Source of the DNA: Vicugna vicugna
Taxonomy: Eukaryota
Length of the DNA stretch: 64,000 bases
Assembly: GCA_013265495.1 (NCBI GenBank)
Contig: MU058584.1
Coordinates: 6,290,407 to 6,354,406 of the forward strand
Direction: 5' to 3'
Position numbers and translations under genes: made by a program. The notes beneath the pieces are model-generated. The model was not told where the DNA came from. It saw nothing but the letters and a program-made list of their open reading frames with translations, and searched no databases. This document shows, in pieces, positions 39,500-50,335 of this stretch; the stretch's first letter is position 1; every line of letters begins with the position of its first letter.

Positions 39500-39720
39500 C
39501 TCCTTATCCTCAGTACTTCTTCTCCCCTTTCCCAGTGTTACTTTTCTCTTTAACATTTATCATTACATGACATACTATATAATTGACTTTTCCTTGTTTG
39601 TTTATTATCTCTTAACCTTGATGATAACTCTTTGTTTGTTCACTGCTATATCCCTGATGCCTGGAATATTGCCAGGGACATAATATGTGCTCAGTAAATA
39701 ATTGAATAAATGAATGAATG
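39500..39720 (+). mobile_element. L2 3' end
   Basis: GTTCACTGCTATATCCC...GTGCTCAGTAAATAATTGAATAAATGAATGAATG. Confidence 0.75.
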
Positions 39721-41739
39721 AGATATGTATGTGAGTTTTGACATCTTTTCATATAGAATACAGACATTTGAGAAATAAGTGTACCTGGTTTACTACCCAC
39801 CATATTCCACTGAATATGAGAGGATTAATGTTGAGCAAGCCAGGTCTCTTCCTTTACTGAGGATATTGTTTCATAGGTAAACAAAAAAATGATGACCATT
39901 ACAGAAGAGGAAAAAGTAGCTGACTGCTCTTGAAGGTGGGCGATTATTGAGGAATATTTCCACGGAAATGTTAATTTCAGTTACCTCTTAAAGGAAGAGT
40001 ATGACAACTTCCCATGCAGAGGCAGGTCCAAATTAAAACATATCTTACTCTCAGGAGATGCTGCTGGAAATACTTGGGGGTTATGTAGCTTTTCAAATGT
40101 TATTGAACCAACTGCCCCAATACAAGCATACAGTTTGGCCAACCCTGCCCTTCGTCTGATCCCACAATTTAGTCAACTTTATTGCTTCTTCCCCAAAACA
40201 ATCGCCCATAATTCAAACACCTCCAGTTAATGTAAGCACTTTGAGCACAAATATGCACCTACATACACACACACACATGCATGAATGAGCACACACACAG
40301 ACACACACATGTACTTACAGAATCTAAAACTTTTGCATACATTCTTTGGAAATTTTAACAAATAAATAAATCTGTAATTCTGACTTAAAAAATTTTTTTT
40401 AATTACTTTTGTGAAAATGATAACCTTCCCCTTCCTCTTTGGTTTCCAATGTGATAAAATTTCACTAAAATAAAAAGCTGTTATACTCTTTTAATTTTAT
40501 AAGAAGAAACAAGAAAGACGATAGACAGATTTCTTATTCTAATCCGAAATGTCTAGAAAAACAAAGATGCTACAAAGCAGTTTCAGAATTAACCTATGTT
40601 CTGTTAGCTGTAATAGGTTCTAACCTACAGTGGGAAACTGTGTCCAGTCTATGAAAATCAAAGCCATGGATTCTGTGTGCCTTATGAGTGTTAAGTAGTG
40701 TGACCATATTTCATAAGAACTTTTCAAAGGCAATTTTCCCAATTTTCCTGGTATCCAGAAAGCAACCATTTATATACTAAAAGAGATCAGGGCATAATTT
40801 CAATGTCCAGACTGGGTTTAAAACTGGCCCAGTTCTGTCCTACACCAAACCAAACCAAACCAAACTCTGTGGGGCCTAAGAATTTGAGCCAATAATCTAC
40901 GGCTTTTACAAGTGTGTATCAGAGCAGGAAAAAAAAAATGACAGCAGCTGTTCACGCTGATTAAAATAATGGAAGAATTAGTCCCGGCTGAAGATAACTC
41001 AGAATCCAGAATGGACTGTCAAGGGCAAATCCTTGTGCTCTCTGAGATTCCCTGAAGTCACAGGGAGCATTCCCAGGGACCCATGGAGTGGTCAGTCCAT
41101 GCCAAGTCCGCACCCTCTGACCTTTCTCAATAGAAGGGAGCAGCGATGTTGTCCCAAATCATTTTGTGCGCCCTGGCTCTGGGTAACTTTGGACTTCAGA
41201 GAGAATAATCTTTACGAATCTAATATATCTCAAAGATGTGAGCTGCTCTCTGTTGTTGTTTGATGGTTTTGTTTTGTCTTTTAAACTCTGTGTATGCACA
41301 ACACACACACATACACACAAAACCCAAAAGAGTCTTCATTATCTCCTTGCTACTTTCCCTCCACTAGGCTGAAATGTCTGATGCCTTATGTGAACAAGTA
41401 AGTATTCTGAAAGCTGGTGGTACAGATGTCTGTTTCCTCAAACCCTATGGCTTGCTTAACACATAGTGGGACGCTGTCTAGCATGTTATGAGAGTCTTTG
41501 AGGTGGCCATCTAGGACTGGTTATTTCCAAATATTCTAGGAGATATAAAAGTGTGACAGTTGCAAGGTAGCCTGATTTAAATAACCAATTTACTCTTGCC
41601 TGAAGCCACTTGAGAAGGAGTCACTCTCCTAGACTTTTTGCTTTTTCACCTCCCATCCACTTGGCTCTTTGTTCACATCATTTTCACATGCAGTGTGTCT
41701 TCCACTAGGACTTGAAAGGACAAGAAGGGGGAAGAAAAA

Positions 41740-42046
41740 TAAATTTTTGTTGTTGAACATAAATCTGGGACCAACTGGACTTGGAGCTACTTGCCATCTT
41801 GCCAACTCATGGAACCTAAGAAAGAAGCCACTACTTCAAAGGTACAAGTGAAGACGTAAAGCAATGAAGGTTTATTGGCATCTGTTGAGTCCCTGGTTAT
41901 AGGTTCTTCCCCTACCCTTTTTGGTTAGGAAAACCAAAAAATTCCCTCCTTTACCCCTTCCCTCCATCCCTCCACTTTTTTTATTTTTTTGGCTCAAGAC
42001 AAATTTAATTAGATTTTCCATCATTGCACAAGAAGGAGCTGATACA
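41740..42046 (+). mobile_element. Ancient MLT1-type LTR fragment
   Basis: CTTGGAGCTACTTGCCATCTTG...GAGTCCCTGG...and a terminal CTGATACA. Confidence 0.45.
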
Positions 42047-42749
42047 GATGGAGAATAACTGACTCGTCACAATCTATTCCAAAATTAAAGGTGCCAATGT
42101 TCTGAGGATAATTACATTGTAAACTGGGTGTGGTGTGTTTCCCAAGCAAAAGTGAAATCTGAAATAAAAGTAATATAAAACATCAATTAAGTTGCAAAAT
42201 AAAATTTTAAAAACCTACAGTGTTCCATTATTGGAACCACTGTGTCAGATACAGATGGATAGACAGAGTCTTACTTGGAGATGTTGGGTGATGCTGGTGT
42301 TGCTGCGGTATTTGTAGCCCTTGGAGAGATGGCTTTAGAAGGTATAAACTTTCCCTTCCTTGCACAAAACATGGGTATTATCTTAAAGCTATTGGAATTG
42401 AGGGTATTGTGAATGCCCTCACTCTTGTGATGTCTAAATCACATATTTTTCCTTCCTAGATTATAGTGGCACAGTATATAACAGTTCGATCTCTGAATAA
42501 GAGATGCAAATATCAGTCTGGCTGATAAATTGCTTTTAGCATTTATGGGTACAGTGAAATTTGAAACTACATAGAGAAAATCTGTAGTGGGTGGTGACTT
42601 CTCAAGGATGATGTTGAAATCTGGTTCATGATTAAAACAGGGTGTGGTTAAGAGGGGCAGGGATGGAAAATTCTCTTTTGGCAAGTCGGTGGAGATACGG
42701 GGTTAAACTGCCGAAACAACCACAAAAATCTGTTGCAAGAAGAAAAACA

Positions 42750-42985
42750 ATAAGAACTCTAACAGCAGCTGTAAGCTGTGCCAGGCACTGTGTTAAGGGC
42801 TTTAGGCATGATCTCATTCAACTCTAAGAGTGCTGTAGATTTCACGTTACTGTGCACATGTTACAGATGAGGAAGTGAAAACAAAGAGGTTAAATAATTT
42901 GTCCAAAGTTTCACAGATAACTGGTGGCAAAGGCTAGGTTTGAACCTAGGTCTGTCAAATTCCGAGCCTTGTCCCCTTAGCAACC
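42750..42985 (-). mobile_element. MIR SINE
   Basis: TGTGCCAGGCACTGTG...TTACAGATGAGGAAGTGA...GTCCAAAGTTTCACAG...TTTGAACCTAGGTCTGTC. Confidence 0.8.
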
Positions 42986-44495
42986 AAGGGATGGCTCATC
43001 CCCAATGCCTTTCTCTAACCTGGAGCAGATTCATAAACACTTCTCTGCTCCTCTGCATACACAGGGCTTTTTTCCCTCTGATGATTCCCATATCAAAATC
43101 TCTTTTGTTTGAAAATCAATATGCATGAAACACTGATTCATAACCATGGAAAAGTGTTTTATTTCTCCTGGAAATTTCCTTCTTCTCTGTCTGTCATTCT
43201 GAATCATCACAAGGAAAAAATTTTTTTCTCACTGCCTTTGAATTAGAGGAAAAAATATGCCACTTAATTTTTTAAGGCATGGAATCTCAATGTTCTTCCC
43301 TATCTCTGTCAAGGAAGTTTATTTACAGCAGAGAATATTTTCCAAAATTTAAAGAAGGCAGAAATAAGATCTTCCCTGACTTGGCATGCATCTTCGATGT
43401 GTTTTGGAAATCACTGGTCTGTTGCTCAGTCTCCTGATACCAGTACTGTTGAAGAGGGGTAGCTTTCTAGAAGAAGAAATCCACTCTCACGGCTTCTGTG
43501 GGATGGGTTAAGTGCTACTTGAGCCTGGCTGAGGAATGGCAGGTGTGCGTGTCTGTGAGCGTCTCATACAGAAGACTTGGGGTCTATTTCACCTCTAACA
43601 GGAACACATTCTTAGCTGATTGTGTTGTCTAGAGAGAAGTGAGCATCTTGGCCATTTGGAATCAGTTTAACTAATATTTCATATTGCTCAAGGCAGATTG
43701 ATTTTTTTCCTTTTATTTGTTAAAAGCTTGAAAGCATTTTTAAACACTGGGTATTTTTACATTAAAATTTGAGAGAGTTAAAAATTAAATTAAAAATTAA
43801 GAAAAAGTTAATGAACATATTAATTTTGAAAGAGGTATCCGCTTACTATTGCTGATCACACACAAGTTATTTTCTTTCCATTTATACATCCCAGTTTAGG
43901 CCAAGGAGTAAGTAATCTCCTAAAACTAGTATGTGATTTGAACATAAGACTTTTGGAAACAAGCTTCTCTCAAACACTCAAATACCCTGGAAGGAACGTT
44001 AAGAAACAGTTTCTAAAAACTTGAAAAGAAAAGTTAGAAGGGGCTTCAAGGAAGGGTAGCTCTGCTGTGGGGGAAGGTGGAACCTACTTTCGCTCTGTCT
44101 GGCAGAAGCTTATGTGAAGAGGGAGGAGGGAGGGCCCTGCACATGGTCCTCAGGCCAGCCAGGTGCCCTGAAGAGAGAACACGGGGTTGGAAAGCATCTT
44201 CCCGGTGACTTCCCACCAGGTGGATAGCAACCAGCCCATCTCTGAAAATACGTGACCGGAAGGCATTCCCTCTCCTAACTGTTGTCACATTGGCAAGCAG
44301 GAGCACTTAATTTATCATTCAACTGTGATCACACTACATAAAGCAAGAACTACCCGGAGAGCTATTGCCATGCCCTGCATTAAGGCAATGGGAAATCCGG
44401 CTTGATCGGCGTCGTAATCACCCTGGCAGAACAATAGGGGTCTGTCAGTGTTATGTCAATTTCTGGTGTACAGCACAGTGGCTCAGTTATGCATA

Positions 44496-44558
<63 letters not shown>
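44496..44558. repeat. Compound (TG)9(TA)~22 microsatellite
   Basis: Read directly; lies inside an L1 3' UTR. Confidence 0.97.
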
Positions 44559-44560
<2 letters not shown>

Positions 44561-44933
44561 CTTTTCATAGTCGTTTTCATTATAGGCTATTGCAAGGTAT
44601 TGATTACAGTTTCCTGTGCTCTGCAGTAGGACTTTGTTGTTGATCTATTTTATATATTGTAGTTAGTATCTGCAAATCCAAAATTCCCGATTTATCCCTC
44701 CACTCCCCTATTTCCCTCTGGTAACCATAAGTTTATTTTCTATGTCTGTGAGTCTGTTTCTGCTTTGTCAATAGGTTCATTTGTGTCATTTGTAAAGATT
44801 CCACATATAAGTGATATCATGTGGTATTTTTCTTTCTCTTTTTAGCTTACTTCACTTAGTATAACAATCTCCAGTTTCCTCGTGTTGCTACAAATGGCAT
44901 TATTTTATTCTTTTTATGGCTGAGTAATATTCC

Positions 44934-44935
<2 letters not shown>

Positions 44936-44976
<41 letters not shown>
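44936..44976. repeat. (TG)n microsatellite
   Basis: Read directly. Confidence 0.95.
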
Positions 44977-46589
44977 TTCACAACTTTATCCAGTCATCAG
45001 TTGATGGATATTTAGGTTGTTTCTATGTCTTAACTATTGTAAGTAGTGCTGCTTTGAACACTGGGATGGATGTATCTTCTCCCAGGAGTGGGACTGCTGG
45101 CTCATATGGTAAGTCTATCAAATGAAAATTCTGGACATAAGTCATTAGTTGAGGTTCCTTTGAGGAAAATAATGATGGAAAAAAAAACAGAGAAGTAAGA
45201 AGTCCCATCAGATGTCCTTAAACATATGGATACATGTTCCAGTCATTGCATTTAGAGAGAAAAGAAAAGAACAAGAGACAACTCTGCTCTAGGAGTCTGT
45301 CCTTTGCGTCGTAGGACTTTCCATGAGCCATACAGAAGTTTCATCGTATCCAGGCTTGGTGCAAATCAGTGTCAAATGAATGGACTGAATTTCTCCTCTT
45401 TGGTGTGGATGGTTCTCAAGGGCTTGGAGGAGTCTAAGCATGAGGGTCTGTGACATGCCAAGGGGCAGTTAGCTGGGCTGAATTCTCTGTAAATATATAA
45501 TTTGCTATGCAAAATTTCCATTGGAGACACAGGGCTATGAGAAATAAAGAAGAGGTTAGCTGGGCCTCCACCTCAAACTCAAAACAAAACCTCTTTTAAA
45601 CTCTAAAAATATTTGGCTAAACATTGTTCTTAACGACTCTGGATTCTGTAATTTGGGTCTGCCGGCCATCAACAGCAGTGATTAAGTACCCACTCAGTAC
45701 GGTGTGCTAGTGAGTTCAGGGGTCTATGGGGAGTTACAAAGAAAGCAATGAACTCATCCCTGTGCCCTGAGAACTCATGGCCCAATGGAGAAAAGGACTG
45801 CCACGTAATTGCTTACAAGAAATGCCAAAACAGAGCAGGCTTTCAGCCAAATTGCTAAGGGGAAAAAAAAAAGTCCACAACTATTTAATCAGCATGCTTG
45901 TTGGCAGAATCCTTCCCTTCAAGGATCCCTCCCTGCCTGCTCTGCGTCTTACACAAATCTCCTGTGGCACAGTCAGGAGCCATGGACCCCAGGGTGCCGC
46001 CAACAGGACATACCCACGCGCTCACAGAGCACAGCCACAAGCTGATGTGGCCCGTAAGTGCTATTTAAGCTGTCTTCCAGTCTGATAGAAGTCAATACTG
46101 CGTCACCATTATAAGGATTTTCTGGCTGAAGAAAGTCAAATGAAGTTACTGTTAACTTCCAAGCCTAGAAACCAATACAGCATCACTGGTGTTGGCTCTC
46201 TCTGACTATTTGCGGATGACCACCGCCAACGTGCAGATGCAATGGCAGATTTTCAGCATTAGGTTTTTTTTTTTTCTTTTTAACACTCAATTTATTTACT
46301 GGTTACTTTAATCAAATTAACTTGGACTAAGAAGACTAGCGATGGCAGTTACCCTGCAAAAAGGGAGCTTGTGACTTACAGAAAAAGTATCAGAATCTGA
46401 AATTTGGCAGGGACATAGTAGTCATTGGACCATCCCCTTACCCGCAAGTGGGGCCATCCTTAGACCATCGAGACTGTTCTCATATACGTATACCTTTATA
46501 CGTATAAATTCCTTTATGTGTATTCATTCATATTTATGTACACATGACTACCAACGAAGCATGACCCCACTCTGGATTTCCCGTCTTGT

Positions 46590-47095
46590 GTAGGCTATAT
46601 GCACATTGACTCGGGGCTCACAGAGATATAATCAAGCACGAAGCAGAGGCTTGATAACTGCTTTCACCTTGGGGCTTATCATCTTGGGATGTTTGCCTTT
46701 GGAGCCCTGAGCTACAACGTACAGTGATCTTCTTGGCCAGAGAGACTGAGTCAGCCCTAGATGTAACAGGCATCCCTCTGAGGAGCCCCGCATGTAAGTG
46801 GAGAAGACATCTTAAAAAGGTCAGCCCACGCTGAACAGGGGTCCCCCGGGCCCGTTTCCCCAGCTGGGCTTGCATCCCAGCATCAGTAGAGGACAAGAGC
46901 CTCATGGACCACATCTGAACCCCCGACACGCAATGAAGTTCCTTTTAACACACACACACACAAACACACACAAGTTCAACTCTAGTCCAGCCAAGTCTGG
47001 TGAGCCCACAGCATCATAGGAACAAGAAAGTACTATTATTTTAAGCTACTAAGTTTGGGTAAGTGATATGTTACAAAGTAATAGATAATTGAAAT
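46590..47095 (+). mobile_element. Older MLT1-type MaLR LTR fragment
   Basis: 3' end TTTTAAGCTACTAAGTTTGGG...GTTACAAAGTAATAGATAATTGAAATA is typical of MLT1. Confidence 0.65.
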
Positions 47096-47100
47096 AATTC

Positions 47101-47122
47101 TGTGTGTGTGTGTGTGTGTGTG
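47101..47122. repeat. (TG)11 microsatellite
   Basis: Read directly. Confidence 0.92.
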
Positions 47123-47169
47123 ACATCCAGAGAAATTCTCTGATTTCCCCCTTACACTTTTGTTTTTTT

Positions 47170-49080
47170 TTTAACTATGGCATATTCATGAGTAAAGCTA
47201 AACAAATAAACTTTATATATGCATTTAAATATAACGAACAAATAATTATAAAGCAGCACCTACAAAACCACTACCCTCATCAAGAAACAGAACTTGAGTG
47301 GCACCCAAACCCATTCTCCATGCCCCTGCTTCTCATAACCACCCCAAGTAACCACTGTCATGGTTTTTGTGGCTTTAATTGCTTAGCTTTTCCTTATAGT
47401 TTTAACACTAGTGTATATATTCTTAAATATTATGGTTCACTTTGCTGGTTTTGTATTTTCTGCAGGTGGAGTCACTCTGTATGTATTCTTTTATGACTTG
47501 TTTCATTTGCTGAACTTACGTTTGTGACACTCAACTGTACTGAGGCACGTAGCTATGGTTAGTTCATTTCCACTGTGGCATCACAGTCCATCGTGTGACC
47601 ATCACACTGTTTATTTATCCATCCCACTCTAAATGGACATTTGGGTTGTTTCTAAGAACAACTGCTATTCTGGACATGCTGCTATGAACATCGTTCTTCC
47701 ACCTTGGTGCATGAGTTTCTCTTTGGCAAAGTTCTCAAGGGTGATCCAGGGACTCCTGGGGTCCTCAGGACATTCTCGGGGGGGGGGTCTATGATTGTAA
47801 AATAATTTTCATGCTAATACTGAGATTTTAGTTTTCTTTTCTAGTAACCAGACATTAAAGAGATTTGATAAATGTAACACCATGTCATGTCTTCTCCCTA
47901 TTTTGGGAGGAGGGGTTGGAAAATATAGTTATTTTGATTTAAAATGTATTATTTAGGTTAGCATTCATTTTTTAGTATTTTAACAACATTGTTTTTCAAT
48001 GAATCAATACATATTTTAAATTTTTCTTAGATTTAATTTCAAATGCAGGAAATATCTACAGATATAACTCACATACACAAAGCTCATGTCAACTTTTAGG
48101 AGCAAAAAGGAGTCCTGAGAGCAAGAAGTTTGAGAACTACTATGCTGGGTCACAAAGTAGATGCATCTCAAAATGTCATAGATAGCGCCAACCTGTTTTC
48201 CAAAAATCTTATGTTTTTTCTCTTCCATCAGCATCATATGAGTTTCCACTGCTTCATACACTCATCATCACTTGGTTTTGCCAGATTTCTGTTTTCAAAT
48301 CTGGTGGAGTATAAATGTATCTTATTATCATTTGGTTTTGCATTTCTCTGATGACTAATAAGATTATGTCCCTTTTCATAGGTATATTAGCCATTTAAAT
48401 GTCTTTTCTGAGAACTGCATGTTCAAGTTTTTTATCCGTTTTTTCTATTCACTTTCTTTTTTCTTACTTATATGTAAAAACCTAACACATTCTGAATACA
48501 CTTTCTTTGTCAGTTATACATGTTGCAAGTATGTGTTAAAAGCACACTACATATTGTCTTAGCCTCTGTTATTTTCTGGTGAACAACAGTATTTAATTTA
48601 ACATAGTCAAACTTATCAATCTTTCACTTTATGGTTATTAGAAAAAAAAGTCCTTTCCTATCCTGAAGTTATTTTTGTTTACTTGAAGTTATTCTTTTGT
48701 TCCTAAAATTGTTACAGTTTTTCCTTTCACATTTCAGCTTTAACCCTCCCCAGAATTAATTTTTGTGCATGGCCTGATTTAAGAGTCCACTTCCATTTAT
48801 TTTCCACATGGATATCCAATTGCCCTAGTGTCATTTCTTAAAAATTTCTTTTCCCCACTAATGTCTCATGCCACCTTTGTTATATATCAGGTGCCAGTCT
48901 CTGAGTGAGCCTGTTTCTGGGTCTCTTTAATCTGTTTCACTGGTCTATTTGCTTGTCCCTGTGCAAAAAGTACATTGTCTTAATTACTGTCTTTATAATA
49001 AATTTGAATATACGGTAAAGCAAGTTCCCCCCAACATCCTTGTTCTCCAAGTGTCCTGTCTCCTTGGCCCCGTCTTATGT
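47170..49080 (-). mobile_element. Old L1M fossil (3' UTR and ORF2 3' part), interrupted by a Charlie element
   Basis: Typical minus-strand L1 motifs: ATGGACATTTGGGTTGTTTC, GGTTTTGCATTTCTCTGATGACTAAT, CCACATGGATATCCAATTG, CTGTTTCACTGGTCTATTTG. Confidence 0.85.
47726..48141. mobile_element. Charlie1-type hAT element (deletion derivative)
   Basis: Left end GTTCTCAAGGGTGATCCAGGGACTCCTGGGGTCC...ATTTTCATGCTAATACT; right end GTCCTGAGAGCAAGAAGTTTGAGAACTACT (inverted GTTCTCAA/TTGAGAAC termini). Confidence 0.8.
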
Positions 49081-50335
49081 TTTAAGTTAGACTACTTTCT
49101 CCAACTAGCAATTATGCAAAGAGGGGGTTGTTGTGCACTGGGCGCAACTGTAGGTAAACGTCTGCTGGTAGCAGATGAGTGCAGAAGTGAGCGATTAGGG
49201 TCCACAAAGATTTTGTTGATTTTTAGTCTAATAAATAAAGAAATGCATCAATGACTTCTCTTAAGAGTAAATTCTACCTATTAATAATGAAAATGAATTG
49301 GGGTGAGAAATTCCTTTTTTATCCATCTTACTTGATGCATTGGGCTGGATCTGATAAGCGAATGAAATTCAAGCAAAGGAAGAGACAAGGATGACTTTCA
49401 CTTTTCTAAATCAGTGGTACACAGAGCTGGTACACAGTAGGTACCCAATAACTAAGAATTGCATGAATGAACAACCCTGTCATTATCTGAGTCAGAACTT
49501 AGAAAGAAGCTCTGATTAGGCTTCTAAAAAATTTACTAGTTAAGATAAGACAAAATATTCAGGACAATTCCATTAAAAAAATGGTTTCCCTCACTCTACT
49601 TGTTCACCCACACCAAGTTGCCATCTTCTTTTACAAATATTGAATCAAGAATCTGTTTTCTCACTAACTCTTCATTTTCGATCCTGTGAAATTTTGCTTT
49701 CACCCCTCTGCTTTTCCAGTCACTGCTGTCCCAAAGACTAATGATCTCCAAGTTGTCAAATTCAAAGCTTTTTCTCTGATGATCGGATCCTTTATCAAGG
49801 ATGATAACTACTTATAACTCTATTGTCAACCGCTTTTTTTTTTCATGAATATTTTGTCCTTGCTGAAAAAGGATTGCTAGTAATCACTGGGCACAGCTCA
49901 AACGCCAGCATCTCCATGGGACCCTCCCTGACCACCCTGTCTGGGGACGATCTCACCTTCCTTAGGACACCTGTGTATTTCACTGAGCCGTAATTTCCCA
50001 AGCCGTGATGCATGTTACACTGGTGTCCAGACACTCTATTAGTCAGTCTGTGAAAATCTCCAGCACCATGTAAGTTCAGAAGACTTTATACTGACACCCC
50101 TCATGCAGAGTGATAATACATATTAGCATGCTAAAGGTTTTGATAAATCCCATAGTAGAAAAGGCTGAGTTTAGTTCAGCATGTCTTGGATGTGTTTGGC
50201 ATGGAATCCTTTGTACTCAAAATACCTGTTAACATCTCAAGACAACATGAATGATGTGTGTCAAATATGATTTAAGAAATGCTACTCAACTATTATATTT
50301 GACTATGATGCTGCCTTAAATTTTGGTTACTTGTA

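Larger units (their letters stand above)
44447..45118 (-). mobile_element. L1 3' fragment carrying two expanded microsatellites
   Basis: GTCAATTTCTGGTGTACAGCAC...GATTCCACATATAAGTGATATC...; minus translation DLPYEPAVPLLG. No poly-T tail is visible. Confidence 0.92.

Noticed and set aside
44365..44643. ORFs with YI/VC/TH dipeptide runs
   Set aside because: They are translations of microsatellites.
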